A DNA stretch of 64,000 bases, taken from assembly GCF_009914755.1 (NCBI RefSeq), contig NC_060926.1. One strand, written 5' to 3'. The position numbers and the translations under genes were made by a program. Below the pieces are notes generated by a model. The model was not told where the DNA came from. It saw nothing but the letters and a program-made list of their open reading frames with translations, and did no database searches. Positions 29,451 to 46,469 of the stretch are shown piece after piece (within the stretch, counting starts at the first letter, position 1; every line of letters starts with the position of its first letter). This DNA is from the human T2T-CHM13v2.0 reference genome, Homo sapiens.

Positions 29451-31162
29451 TGTTTTATCAATATGTTGTACTGATATTTCTGAACATTTTCAAAGATACC
29501 TTTTATTTTTCATTACAATCAAGTACTTCTTAATCATTTATTAAATACAATCACTGGACTATGTAAATGGGTCTGCTCCCTTGTGATATCTAATTTGATA
29601 TTCATGATTTGCAAGATACTTTACTGTTCAATGTATACAATTGAAAGAAAAGATTATCTAAAATATAGGCTCACTTAATTTGTATACAATTTCAAAGTAC
29701 ATCATAAGCAAACTTGCCTTGGGAACTATTTTAAGGGTAAATATAATTTTAATTTCCACTGCTCCTCATTCCTAAAACAATGACAAAATACTAGGTATTC
29801 AGGATTGGGGAACCTCCTGAATGGAAAATTGACTTTCTAAATCTTAGAAAGTTCAAATAAGCATAATCTAGGCGTTAAGAAACCCTGGGGGAGGCTACAG
29901 AAGGACTCATTTGCTGAGAATCCTCAGTAATTACCTTCAGTTTTACCCAAGGTTTTGTAGCCACCTTTTTTTCTTTACCTGTTTATATTGTCTATGAGAT
30001 GGTAACAGCTAAAATATTCATAGGCACTGAGTTTATCATGTAACTATTATCTAAACGAAAAGTAAGATGTAAAACATTTGTCAAAATGCCAGTAACATTT
30101 TCACAGGAGAATTTGACAGGTGACCTCAGTCATTATCCTTGTGTATCCAGAAGAGTAACCTGTTTTCTCTCTTCCATTCTCAATCCCAAGAAGCCAAGTG
30201 AAAACAACTGCTATTGCAAAAGCTAATCCAAAAATACAAGAATTCATGTTTGCATACTTATTAAATTTATTTTGAATACAAGAAAGGTGAATCCAAATAG
30301 ATGGCTTTTCCTTTAAATATGTGATTCTAGAAACTTATAGCAGGAAGTTCATGAGAAACTCATGAAATTGCAAAGGGTATCAAGATGGATTGAGGGCAGA
30401 AGATGGGTTGTGTTTAAGGACATTTGCTGATTGTTTTGTGCACTTAATTGCTGTACCAATATTTCTATGTCTATAGTATAAGCTGAATCTAACCAAGCTA
30501 GAATCAGGAAATCATGATCCTCACCTCAGCAGCTGCCAGCCAGAAATACTTTGAGGAATAAGGATTTTCCTTTTTACTGCTGAGAAAAGAAAATAAATGT
30601 GGAATAAGAGGCACTATAAACCATTCTAACAATGATCCCATAACTTACTTTTTGCCAAGATATATGAAGTCATTTATTTCTCATTTCTACTATTTGGTTT
30701 GAATTTACCTATTGAGCAGTTTGTAGAAATGCAATAACTATAAACATTGTTCTGAAGGAAGAAAACTTATTTAAAGTGCAAATTAAAAGAGTTTCTGGTG
30801 TGTTAGAGTTAACCTGCAGGATGTCATTAATCTTCCAGTAGAGTAGGTTTTAGTACAAAGCACTAGTGAAATTCTTCATACTGTAATTTATCTTTTGTTC
30901 CATTAAAATAGGAGGTATTTTAAAGCTTTGATTATAAACATTCCATAATTCTTTTAGCCAATTTGGAGAAAAAGATTAAAAAGAGTATGGTTTCTTGTGG
31001 TCTCTTTGGACATTTTGTTTCTGGAATTTGATATACAGTTATAAATGAAATGGTAGAAGATAATATACATGAGATCAATTTCATCTTACAAGACTTATCT
31101 AAAAATGAATAATAAAGGTACTTGCTGTTATAGTGAATTGTCCAATCATTTATCCTGTAAAT

Positions 31163-34488
<3,326 letters not shown>

Positions 34489-34554
34489 TAAATATTTATT
34501 AAGTACCTATTGTACTCTAGGGGATATTTTGGAACTTAGCTTTATGGAAAAATT

Positions 34555-35000
34555 GACAAAGCCTGGGTTCTCTTCAGAAAGTAGAATCTGAGAAAAATGC
34601 ATGTATACCGGCAGTTTACTTTAGAAAGAGACCCTAAGGAAGGAGGTGAAGCCAATGCAAGATTCCATTACCAATGAGTTGCCATCATGAGCAACTGCAG
34701 TTTGATTATACTGAGGACACTTTGAGTTACTGTGTCAAATGAGGTTTAGAAGGTTCATGGAATGGAAAATAGAGCTTTTATCCACCAGAAACCATCTCCT
34801 ATTAGTCAAAAGTTGCCCTATCAGATGTTAACTCTCTCAGAATCCTAGGTTTGCCCAGGGATCAGAATATCCAAGTAAGTTTCCATACAACTGTGTCATT
34901 GAAGCCCAGGAGAGAAGATTTAACTGTTGAGGAAATTCTGGCAATAAAAGGGGGCAAAGAGTCTATTGATTATGTAAGCATGTTGCAAAAGATCAGGGAA
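34555..35000 (-). mobile_element. Old ERVL-type LTR (LTR16/LTR33-like)
   Basis: gggttctcttcagaaagtagaatctgaga...gcagtttacttt...gaccctaaggaag resembles the antisense start of these LTRs. Confidence 0.5.
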
Positions 35001-35692
35001 TGTATCATTCATATTAGTAAATCTATTTACTTATTTGTTCACGATGTTTATTGAGTGCTTATTATGTGCCAGAAACTGTTTTATACATGGTGTTATAGCA
35101 GTAAGCTAAACGGAACATGATCTCTACTTTCATGGAGTTAAGGAAAGCAGGAGAAAGGAAAGAAATAAAGCAAATGATAGTTTATAAGATTATAATAGAG
35201 CAGAGTAGAAGAGGGAGCCCTGCAAATTTCTGAAAAAGTATCATTTGTAACCTAATTAATAAATTCACAAGTTCTGGTGTGAGGTGTCTGGAGTATTCAA
35301 GGAACAAAGAACAAAGAACAGAGAAAATGCTGGGATGCCTTGAAAGATCTTTGTCTTCTTTCCTACATAAGATGAGAAGCCACCAAAGGGTTTAGGGCAG
35401 TGATGTACATAATGTGGGTTATATCACAGAACGATGATACTGTCTGTGGCATTGAGAATAAAGTGGAGGAAAGTACAAAGATAATAGTGGTGAGAGTCCA
35501 ACCAAGAGATTTTGAATAATTGGAAGAGGAAGGTAGTGACAGAATTGATGGGTTCTGGCATTTGAAGAGATATATAGCTGACAGGATTTGCTGATGGATT
35601 CAATAAGGGATGTGAGAATTTTAATAGGACTCCTAGATAACATGAAAAATGTTTACTTGTTTGTTTGCTTGTTTTCTTTTGATTTTACTGGA

Positions 35693-36063
35693 TGTATTAG
35701 TTCATTCTGATACTGCTATAAAGAACTACCTGAGGCTGGGTGATTTATAAAGGAAAGAGGTTTAACTGACTCGCAGTTCTGCATTGCTGGGGAGGCCTCA
35801 GGAAACTTACAATTATGGGAAAATGCAAAGGAGAACCAGGCACCTTCTTCACAGGGCGGCAGGATGGAGTGAGTGCAAGCAGGGGAAATGGCAGACACTT
35901 ATAAAACAATCAGATCTTGTGAGACTCACTCATTATCATGAGAACAGCATGGGGAAAACTGCCCCCATGATCCAATTACCTCCACCTGGTCCTGCCCTTG
36001 ACACGTGGGGATTATTACAATCAAGGTGAGATTTGGATGGGGACACAGAGTCAAACCATATCA
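35693..36063 (-). mobile_element. THE1D-like solo LTR
   Basis: tgtattag...aaaccatatca; perfect 5-bp TSD ctgga. Confidence 0.95.
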
Positions 36064-36654
36064 CTGGAAGAATGGAATTGTCATGTATTAAGGTAGAGAT
36101 AAATGGACAAGTAGTTTAAAAGGGAGTGCTATTTTGGACAGGTGGAATTTAGGAAAACTTATTAGCCAAGCATAAATGCCAGGTATACATTTGGGTACAT
36201 GTAAGCCTGGAGTTAAGCAGTGAGAATGGGGGGAGGGGAGATGACTTATCCTTCCCCTATTAAATGGTGTTTATAGGCCAAATAGGATAACAAATAAATA
36301 TTGAGTACTATAACAACATGGAGATTGTTATTGAAAATAACTAAAGAACTTACTGAGGAGTTTGTTAGATAAGGAGCACTTTTCCCGTGGAGTGATGGTC
36401 TAAAGAAGAGAAACAGAAGGGAAGCCTGGTTGGAGTATATTCAAGAAAGAAAGAGAGGGTAAAAGTTAGAAGCAGAATTATATGGAAAATGGTGAAAGAA
36501 TGAGGTAGTAGCAGGAAGGAATGTGTGATCAAGAGATAATTTTTCTTTGTATAAGACAGAGGAAATAAAGATATATTTGTATACTGATGAGAAACTTCTA
36601 TTGAGAGAGAAATGATTGGTATTGCAGAAAAGACAGTGAGACCGTCCGACGTAG

Positions 36655-37058
36655 CGTATTCATTTCCTAGGGCTGCCATCGCACTTACCACAGACTGGGT
36701 GGCTTAAACAACAGAAATTTATTTTCTCAACCTTCTGGAGGCGAAAAGTTCAAGGTCAAGTGTAGGCATGTTTTGCTTCTTCTTAGGCTTCTCTTCTTGG
36801 CTTGCAGATGACTGTCTTCTCATTATCCTCACATGGTCGCCCCTTGGTACATGAGTCAGGTGCCTCTCTCTGTCTGTTTCATAATCTCCTCTTCCTATAT
36901 GAACACCTGCAATGTTGGATTAGGGCCCACCCTAAAGACCACATTGCATTTAATTAACCCTTTAAAGATGTTATCTCCAAATACCATTACATTCAGAGGT
37001 ACTAAGTGTTAGGACTTCAAAGTACACATTTTTGGGAAATACATTTCAGCCCACAATG
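36655..37058 (-). mobile_element. MLT1 (MLT1A/B-like) solo LTR
   Basis: ctagggctgcc...accacagactgggtggcttaaacaacagaaatttatt...ggattagggcccaccc...ttcagcccac. Confidence 0.9.
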
Positions 37059-38389
37059 AGTAAATGGACTGGGGAATGAGTGAGGGGGAAATAAAATGTA
37101 ATGCATGGATGGAGGGAGAGGACTTACGGTTACACAGAGAAGCTAAAAAAGGCAGAGAATAAGATGCAGATGCTGTAGGAAAGTAGATATGATGGGAAGT
37201 GTGTAAAAGTTTCCTAATTATATTTACATTTTTTTTTCAATGAAATTAGAAGCAGCAGTTAAGAATCCTGCTGAGAGTAAAGTTGGGAAGAAGGTGCTGG
37301 AAGTTTGAGAAGTGAGGACAACATATGGTTATTTAGCCATGTGGTAGAACAAGAGGAATTAAGAAATTCAATATGAGTTCTGGCTCTCCTCTTAAATGTA
37401 GTGCTCATGAATTTGAAGTAAGACCAGTCATAATGTTTTCCTTCACATTTGTTCAGCTTCATAGGAACAGGCTTGAGGTTGATATTGAATTTTATTTAAC
37501 CAGGGTTTGGATTTTGCCAGATGAATACAATGAATGGAGATGGGCAAGGCAGTTGAGTGATTTTAATAAATGATGTACTATGAAATCTAAACTGTTAAAA
37601 AGAAAAAAGTGAGAATGAAGTCAGAAAGGGAGAATGAAAAGGCATAGAATCAATAGAATGTTAGTCATAGACTGGTGAAGAACTATTAGAGGTAGGTGAC
37701 TAGAGGGAGTACAAACTGTTTTTATGCTTGAAACTGAAATTTGGAGGGGTTGCAGTTGTTATTGATGATACCTTAGTTGAAATGAGGAGAGAGAAAGGCT
37801 GAAGATGGAGGAATGACTATATCTATGGAGAAGTAAACTCCAAGGAACTTTGAAGCCAGGGAACTGAGAGAAGCTTCTATATAGATAATTCTTAAGAATT
37901 ACAACAGCAATAGTTTTGCCAAGAGTCACAATAAACCAGAGTTAAAAGTGTTAAAGGGATGAGGATGGGTCACTAGAGTCTTAGAAATAACTGCAGTAGG
38001 GGAGTGGGGGTTGCATTCTTTGATGGCATGAGCTTTAAACTTTTTTTTTTTCTGAAGTTAACAGGGAGACACAATTTGTCTCAAGTAGTAGTAGCAAGAA
38101 GCATCAAGGAAAATACCTAACTCACCACTAAGCCCAAGAATACAACCTGTGGTAGAAGAGTATGACACGAAGACCTAGAGTCTCTTTCTTTACCTGCTGC
38201 TGGAATTGTGCAGGCTGAGGAAGGAGTAGTGTTACAACTGGCTATATTGAATAAATATGGGTAGTTATAAAAGGGACCATTCAAAGCATAATCAGTATAT
38301 TTATAATGGATTCATCTTTATACTCCTTTAAAACTCATAGAAATTTCTCAGAAATGCCTGTCAATACCTGACTTGTTTGTTTTTTTTAC

Positions 38390-38665
38390 TTAATTAACAA
38401 GCACTGGTAGAGCAATTACTTAGTGCCAAATACTGTTCACAATACTTGGAAATGTTAACCAGTTAATTTTCATAAAAATCCTAGGATTGTTAGATAGAGA
38501 CTATCTATCTATAGATAGACATCTGCAGATATCTATATTGTCCATCTATAGATAGAGAAACTATCTATCTAGAAAATAGTTATTCTAGGAGATAGTTATT
38601 ATCCTCACCTTAAAAATGAGAAATCTGAGGCATAGAGTTTAAGTCAATTGTTCAAAGTCATATTT
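38390..38665 (-). mobile_element. MIR with a ~100-bp palindromic low-complexity insert
   Basis: MIR antisense core (aaatgagaaatctgaggcatagag) flanks a TAGA/TCTA-rich insert at 38477-38590. Confidence 0.75.
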
Positions 38666-39469
38666 TAATGGTAATTAACATATTTTTAAAATCTTAGATT
38701 TAAGTAAAGAAGTTAAGACTGGGTTTTCACCAAAAATGTTAATTGTTCAGTCATTATTTATTAATGGTGATAAAAAGCTATCTCTAAAACTGAGCAGTAT
38801 TAAATTAATTTATTTGAATCAATAATTCAGGCAAACTCATTCATCCTAAATTATCAGAATGTGGCCTAAAAAACTGACATAAATGTTTAGTTTGGCAAAA
38901 AAACTCCAGGTTTTTTTAAGTGTCAAGTTTTCTCAGACATTTCTCAACATACTGTATATAAAAGAGTGAAACTAGATCCCTGACTCTAAAGAGCTTACCT
39001 TCTCCTTGAATGCCATGTCAACAGAGGTGTGGACAGGGAAGGCAAAGAAAGTTGTGGAAGCACAGAGAGGAAAGATTCCCACCCTCAGGGTATTCATGAA
39101 GGTCCCAAAATTGAGGGTAACATTTGACCTCAGCAGAAAAGACAAACAGATTGCCAGGCTGCTGGCAGATCTATCCAGGCAAAGCAAATTCAAGGGTCAA
39201 GATAGGTGAACAGTTCACAGGTCACTTAAAGGCAGACCATGTTCCGGCGATGGTGAGATACGTACCATGCCTGAGTGCAGGTGTCTCCATGAAGGATGAA
39301 GAAACAGGCTTATGACAGGAATGATATAGTCATATCAACTTCAATAAAACACATATGACAGGACTGGATTGGAGAGGGTCTAGAGTGATGCTGAGCTAGA
39401 GGGTGACCAGAAATAATCCAGGAGAAAAAGCACCAAGCTCACCTGGCACCAAATTCCTCCTTGCTTTCT

Positions 39470-39890
39470 CTTATTCATTCATGTTGACATCCTTAAGATC
39501 ATACCTGCCAAATGTCCTCTCAGTACAGATTTTTGCATATGATTTGCCTTTCATATGTAATGCTTTTCCCTTTCTAGTTAACCCCTACTCATCCTTTACG
39601 TTGATATTAAATTGTCAGTTGCCCAAAGAAGTCTTCTCTGACCTTCCTGACCAGGTCAACTCTCCCTTTCATATGCTCTAATAACACCTCTTATTCTAGC
39701 ACTACACTCAAGGGTGAATTTATATCTATTTATGGAATCAGTTGATCAGTGTCTGTCTCTACCATTAGACTATAAGCTTCCAGAAGTTAGGGATTCAGGT
39801 CATGTTTTGCTTATCTTTATATTCCCAGAATAATGCCAGGCAAATAATAGGTACACCAAAATATCAATACATGAATGTTTGAACTAAGGA
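39470..39890 (+). mobile_element. L2 3' region
   Basis: cttctctgaccttcctgacc...gtctgtctctaccattagactataagcttccag... Confidence 0.75.
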
Positions 39891-41296
39891 AATGGAAAAG
39901 TGAGGAGTATTTTGAAATAAGTGAATGCATGACTAAGTAAATATTGCTTGATGCTATTTTAAAATTAACTCACATTGAAGAAGTAACTCTTCAAAAATTA
40001 TATAGTGATATTTCATATTTGCAAACATTTGATAGAGAATAAGAAAAGAAAGCATGTGTATTCAGTTATTTGATCTGAAAAATTGAATAGACATACAATT
40101 TTCTACAGTGAATGAAGAAATTGTGGAAATGTCATATTTTCCCATCCTGAAATTTCTTCTCCTGCATCTTCTTCTTACTCCATTGCCTTCTTGCTACCCT
40201 CATCTTATTCATATTTCAAGGCATAGCTAAAACCCAACTCCTTCATGATGTCTATTATAATATTCAATCAATATTGATTAATAGATTGCTATACTCAAAC
40301 CCCTAGGTCTGGTTAATGTGTGTTTAATTATCTTTTCTCCCTTATTTCACAGGTAAAATATTCACAACAGTAATAGATCTTATACAAGTACCAGCAGGAA
40401 GCTAACTGAATGATTGATTAACAACTCATGGAGTCATTTTTTCACTTCCAACAAATATTTTTCCTGCTGGCAGAATGTCTGTATTTCAAATATAGTAACA
40501 TTTTAACTGTGTATCTTACCTACACTCTTTTAAGGATACAAATTCCTTGTCATGTCAACCAATTGTTTTACTAATTTCATATTGCTTACTTTGACCTCCT
40601 TTTTTTTCAAAATTGTACGCAAGAATCAAGATCTGAAATCCTAAGTCCAATTTTAACAGCTGGTAGCTGTATCATGAAGCCTAAAAGAAAAACCCCACAA
40701 AACCCTGTTTGATAAGATTAACCAAATTGAGTAAATCAGTGAATTGTTATGGACAATATCTACATCTTTTTAAATCTGTGCCTTATAAATTTTAATAAAA
40801 TATAGGAGCTTAGTTTCATGTGATATTTCACCTAATTTCCCTCCTACTGCTTTTTCATGTGTGAAACCATTTTTCTCTGCTAGGTATCTAAGAGGTAGTG
40901 TTGAGTAATACTTGTCTTCCATTTTCCATTAGTCAAATCATGTGGCTATGGTATTAAAAGAATGAATAAAAGGATCTTTTTAGAAGGCAAATAAGATATA
41001 ATAAATCAGTAACAAAGCATTTTTGTTATTGTTGCTATTATTTCTTTTATCATTGTACCCTTAGAAATGGAATTTGACATTAAGTCTCCTTTGGAGTACG
41101 TAGTTATTTTGTTATTTCTAATAGAAATATTCTTAATGTAATAAAACCTCCCAAATTATACATTTAAAGAACTGGAAAAAATGATTGTGCTAGAATAAAA
41201 TAAATTCACATTATCTAAAAGCTATATTAAAGGGCCACAATTTATGTAACAGGTTGAAAATAAACATATACAGGGTCTTATTGTGTGTGAACACAT

Positions 41297-41339
41297 GAGA
41301 GAAAGAGAGAGAGAGAGAGAGTGTGTGTGTGTGTGTGTG
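41297..41339. repeat. (GA)n(GT)n compound microsatellite
   Basis: gagagagagagagagtgtgtgtgtgtg. Confidence 0.93.
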
Positions 41340-41694
41340 CGTACATCTATGTTTTAGGCATCATTGCGTAATGGATCAAAAAATTATGAGTAAAACAGTG
41401 TAGAAAAATTGAGAAAATCAAGTCATTTCAGGCTAATACAGAGGAATTAAAAAGGCTTTCATGAGAAAAACTTGTAACAGTTGTACAAGACCTTTTACAC
41501 CTTCCTGTTGGTCTTATCTGTAAATTGAGAACAATAAAATCTGCCATTCTGCCTTGCATAATTACTGAAGATCCAGTAAAAATATTATGTAAAAATGCTT
41601 TTTTAAGTATCAGAAATATTTGGCACAACAGTGTGCTAAATACTATATTAGTATGATGTAATTAGTAGAAACAAATACTACTAATATAACGCTA

Positions 41695-41950
41695 ATAATA
41701 ACAATATGGCTAGCATTTATTGAGAGTGATTTTCACGTACTTACTAAGTCCTTCATATGTATTTTTTCATTTTACCTTCACAACAGCCCGACAAAATACT
41801 TATTGTTATGTTCCATGTTTTAAGATGAAGAACTTGTGGCTAAAATAATTAAAGTACTTCCTTAAGGTCATACAAGAAGGAAATGGCAAAGTCAGAGTTG
41901 ACCCATCATTGAATGACCAGCAAACCCAAACCCTTTTCCATTAGGCTTAC
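41695..41950 (-). mobile_element. MIR SINE
   Basis: gctagcatttattgag...ttcacaacagccc...ttaagatgaagaac...cttaaggtcatac. Confidence 0.75.
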
Positions 41951-42061
41951 CACTTCTTATCCCTATTGTTTTTAGTTGGAACCCTGCCCCCTACCTCCCC
42001 AAGCTCCCATTTCACTGTGTATACCTCTTCTTCCAGCACTTTTTATATTGTATTTTAATTA

Positions 42062-42387
42062 CAGTTGTGTCCCTTAATGTTGGCAATATTTTCTTAGAAA
42101 TGTGTTGTTAGGCAATTTCCTCACTGTGCAAACATCATAGAATGTACTTACACAAACCTACATGGTGCACCCTATGACAAACCTAGGCCGTATGGCAAAG
42201 CCTATTGCTCCTAATCTACAAACCTGTACAGCATGTTACTGTACAGAATACTGTAGGCAATTGCAACACAGTGGTATCTATGTATCTAAACATATCTAAA
42301 CATGGAAAAGATATAGCAAAAATTCCATTTTATAATCTTATGGGACCACTGTTGTTGACTGACAAGTTATTACGGGGCACATGACTT
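42062..42387 (-). mobile_element. Tigger3a/MER7-like TcMar-Tigger non-autonomous DNA transposon
   Basis: Characteristic body (agcctattgctcct...ctacaaacctgtacagcatgttactgtac; tataatcttatgggaccac), degenerate TIRs, flanking TA dinucleotides. Confidence 0.9.
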
Positions 42388-42789
42388 TATTTGTGTACCT
42401 ACCTTCTCCACTGGACTGTGATCCCATTAAAAGCAATTCTGGAACCTCACCCATCAAGCATCAAGGAAAGAATAGTAAACATTGGCTTAATGACTGCTTG
42501 AACTCATTCTCATTTATTGTTTTAATCAAAACGACATTATCTGTAAGGAATAATAATTACCAACATCTATTGGGTAACTCAAATATCCACCACAGTTCTT
42601 ATAAACATTTGGTGTCAAAAGAAAAAAATAAATACAATTCCTCCTACTCTCAAACACTGCTTTTAAAATTTTCAATATTTTTGGCTGCCTTTGATTTGTG
42701 TTACTTATTTGATAAATTAGTGAATATATTTGTGATTTAATTATTCATTAAAATACGTAATAATATATATTTTAAAAACCACATATGTA

Positions 42790-42990
42790 CTGCTCCTTAT
42801 AAGTGAAGTACTGTAAGTGTTTCATTAGTTTAACCCTCAAACCAATCCTATGAAGAAGGCACTAGTATTACCTGTTTCACAGAAGAGCAGTTTAGCACCT
42901 TGCCATGGTTGCACTGCTTGGAGTAGAGGTACCAGCATCTAAACACCTGTCATTTGGCATGAGAGTGTTACTCGTAACCATTTCACTATC
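42790..42990 (-). mobile_element. MIR SINE
   Basis: tttaaccctcaaaccaatcctatgaagaaggcactagtatta...ttcacagaagag. Confidence 0.65.
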
Positions 42991-43109
42991 ATCTCTGTGT
43001 TTCATGGGGTCTGGCATTCTGCTGATTGCCTGTTAAGTCAGAGGGCCCCAGGTTTTTTCCTAATATTTTTGGAGAATCTTTTCTCCACAGTAGCTCCCAC
43101 TCTTTCCTT

Positions 43110-43622
43110 TTTATTGGGCATTTTTAAAGTAAGGTTTATTGAAGTATATTTTACAGTTAATAAAATTTACCTTCTCTCAGGTTCATTTAAGTGGGTTTTG
43201 ACAAATGTGTACGGTTACAAATCCACTGCCACAAACAGTATTTCCTCCTTAATAATACTCTTCATTTCCGTTTATATTTCAGTTTTGTATTATTTTTATT
43301 TCAATTTCCAAATATTTGGTGCTAGTGCACTGTAACACAATTTATTTTTGTATATGGTTTTGTATCCTGCAACCTGGCTAAAACCACAAATGGGTTATAA
43401 CAGCTATTGTAGATTCTTATAGGCAATCATGTTGATTTCAAATAGAGATAGTTCTATTTCTTTCTTTCCAATCATGATGTCTCTAATCTTTTTTCTTGTC
43501 TAACTTCACTTGTTAGAACCCTATTCAACATTGAATTAAAATGTTGAAATTAGACACTTCTACCTCAATCCCAGTCTTAAAAAGAAAGCATTCAATCTTT
43601 CACCATTAAGTATGATATTCAC

Positions 43623-43674
<52 letters not shown>

Positions 43675-44930
43675 TGACATGAGATCTCACTTTGTCCCCC
43701 AGGCTGGCATGATCTCAGCTCACTGCAACATTGCAACCTCCATGTCCCAGGTTCAAATAATTCTCATGCTTCGGAATCCTGGGTAGCTGGAATTACAGGC
43801 ATGCACCACAAAGCCTGGATAATTTTTGTATATTTTAGTAGAGATGAGGTTTTGCCATGCTGACCAGGCTGGTCTCCAACTCCTGATCTCAACTGATCCG
43901 CCCACCTCAGCCTCCCAAGGTGCTGTGATTACAGTTATGAGCTACTGTGTAAGGCCTGTAGTTTTTCAATAGATTCTTAAATGAAGTTAAGGAAGTTCCC
44001 TTTTACTGATACTTTGCTTATTTTTTTTAAATCATAAACAGATTATGAGTATTGTCAAATTTTTTTTCTGAAGTTATTGAGATGGCATTGATTTGTTATT
44101 TTCACCTCGTGACTACATTGATTGATTTTTAAGTTTTGAGTGAACCTTTCATTCTTGGGACAAATCTAATTTAGATGTGTTATCTTCTCTATACTTTTCT
44201 GAATTTGTTTTACTAATATTTCCTCAAGGACTTTGAAGCTAAATTTTTCAGGGCCTTCCTACCTCTTCTAATGGGAGGAGAACTCTGCTTTGTATTGGTG
44301 TAAATGCTGGGCCCGAGTAGGTTTTCTGCCCCTCCCACTGGAGCAGAGACATTTTACTTCCTTCTTTGCACCCAGAAGTCAAGGATCTTTACCTGGGCCT
44401 TGGAAATCAGTGGATTTCCTAATTATTCGTCAGCAGTTTAATATTTTTCTTAGTTTGATAGAAGGCTTTAGGAGATGTGCGCAACTTCATGCGGGTGCCT
44501 TACCATGGAAGGGACTCTCCCCTTGTCTCCTACCTGTCTGTAGTCATTTTCATAAATAATCTGTGGAGGTTAGAACAAGCTTGGAAATGAGTGCCTATCT
44601 AATAGTTGTTGGGGATTCTCCAGGCTTCTAATCTGTTACAGCAGACCACACTTGCTATTTAAGAATTCAGTAATAATTTTCATTGTTTTCTTCTAATCCA
44701 TGTCTGTGGCAGCCACCTTCTCCTCCCATTCTCTGCCAAGATTAAAGAGCTTGTTTGTCTCATCTCTCCTCAGAAAAGCTTGTCACCTTTTGGAGTTCAG
44801 CTCTACTGGTTACCTTACAACCTCAAAAAATAATAATTTTGTAGTTTATTTGGCCTTCTTTACGGATGGTGAGCAATATTCTCTAGCTTTCTACACGCTA
44901 CTTGGAAATATTTCTCTCCTTTTTTCTGTT
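43110..44930 (-). mobile_element. Ancient L1M fragments
   Basis: Antisense L1M 3'UTR (tttattgaagtatattttac) and ORF2 (ttttgtatcctgcaacc, agcattcaatctttcaccattaagtatgat, ttaaggaagttcccttt). Confidence 0.7.
43628..43956 (-). mobile_element. Alu (AluJ/Sx-like) whose tail is a (TG)n microsatellite (43628-43673)
   Basis: (TG)~22 directly abuts gacatgagatctcac...; Alu dimer follows. Confidence 0.92.
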
Positions 44931-46114
44931 TTATACTGAAAAGTATCCAAATCATATTTGATTTATACTTCAGACTCGAACTATAGCCTGGAGCTAGCAA
45001 GTATATCAAGGCTGGGCAGAAACATAATTTTCTGGCTTTGCCATTCTGATTCATTCAACATTCAATCACAGTTATTTCACTCACTCCTCTGAGCCTTGTT
45101 CTTTCAAAAATAATCTGATCCCAAAGTAAACTTGAGCTAGAGGTAGTTAAAGAAATTATATTTGTATTTGCCATCTCTAATTTTAATTACTTCTCTGATA
45201 GGATATACAGAATATTGCATTATTAGGTTATAAATGAAATGCAAACTGTAGTGAAATTAGGGTTTTAGCTTCATATCTTAACTGAGAACAAGAAAACAAT
45301 TGAGTTAAAAATAATTTAAACAATTTTTGAACTCTTTATTTTCTTATTTTAAAAAGGCAGAAATAGTATGAAAATTAGTTTAAAATAAGTAGTGAAATAA
45401 TTTACTATATTTTAGAAGCCTGTCTACATGTTTCAATGTAAAATTTAAATTACCGCATAAAATTTATACATAGTCCCATTTGATTTCTTGTGCTTCTTTT
45501 GCCTCAGAGTTTTCAATTGCTTTGGCACTATTATGATTCACTCACTTGCTCTAAATTCAAGTACATATAATACAAACATCTGCTAATTTATTAAGAAGAT
45601 TGAGTTTTTTAAAGACAATACAACTATGAGGATATCACTTGGCTTAATGTGATCACATATGTTAAAAAAATATACATACATATAACCTATGGAAATTAAG
45701 AAAACAAACCATAAAGAGATTAAGGCAAGGAGTTGATTAGCTCTGGAGGATTAAAATGAAAATGTGGATTGTCTGTATAATATTCTAAATTAATTTATTT
45801 TTAATAATTACATTAGAGAAGTCACAAATCCATCTGGAAATGATTTGTTCAGATGACTGCAGTGTTTTGTCAGTAATGTTTTGAGTTATCTAAATTTACC
45901 TTCCTCCTTAAACAGTAAAGAGGAACAAAAGGCACAGTTGATTCCATTTTAGTCTCTGGATCCATTTTTTATTCAACAAAGATTTCTTGAACATCTTATG
46001 TAAGTCAGCAGTCTGTTAGATATTGGAGATTTAACTGTAAATAAGTAAGTGTAATTCCTGATTCCTGACTTCATTTATAGTTGTAAAATAAGTAATTGCA
46101 ATAAATTTAGATGG

Positions 46115-46469
46115 CATATTAATCTGTTCTCACATTGTTAATAAAGACATACCTGAGACTGGGTAACTTATAAAGGAAAGAGGTTTAATTGGCTCACAGC
46201 TCCACAGGGCTGGCGAGGCCTCACTCATGGTGGAAGGTGAACGAGGGGCAAAGTCATGGCTTACATAGCGACAGGCAAGAGAGCTTATGCAGGGGAACTC
46301 CTGTTTATAAAACCATCAGATCTTGTGAGACTTACTCACTATCATGAGAACGGCACAGGAAAAACCCATCCCCATGATTCAATTACCTCCCCCGGGTCCC
46401 TCCCATGACACTTGGAGATTATTACAATTCAAGGTGAAATTTGGGTAGGAACACAGCCAAGCCATATCA
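46115..46469 (-). mobile_element. THE1B solo LTR
   Basis: ggcaagagagcttatgcaggggaactcc diagnostic; ends gccatatca; perfect TSD gatgg. Confidence 0.94.

Larger units (their letters stand above)
35020..38200 (-). mobile_element. Long degraded L2 LINE with nested LTRs
   Basis: Starts with an antisense L2 3' end (tttattgagtgcttattatgtgccag) and continues as purine-rich antisense L2 body (gacaggatttgctgatggatt, ttttggacaggtggaattt). Confidence 0.75.
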
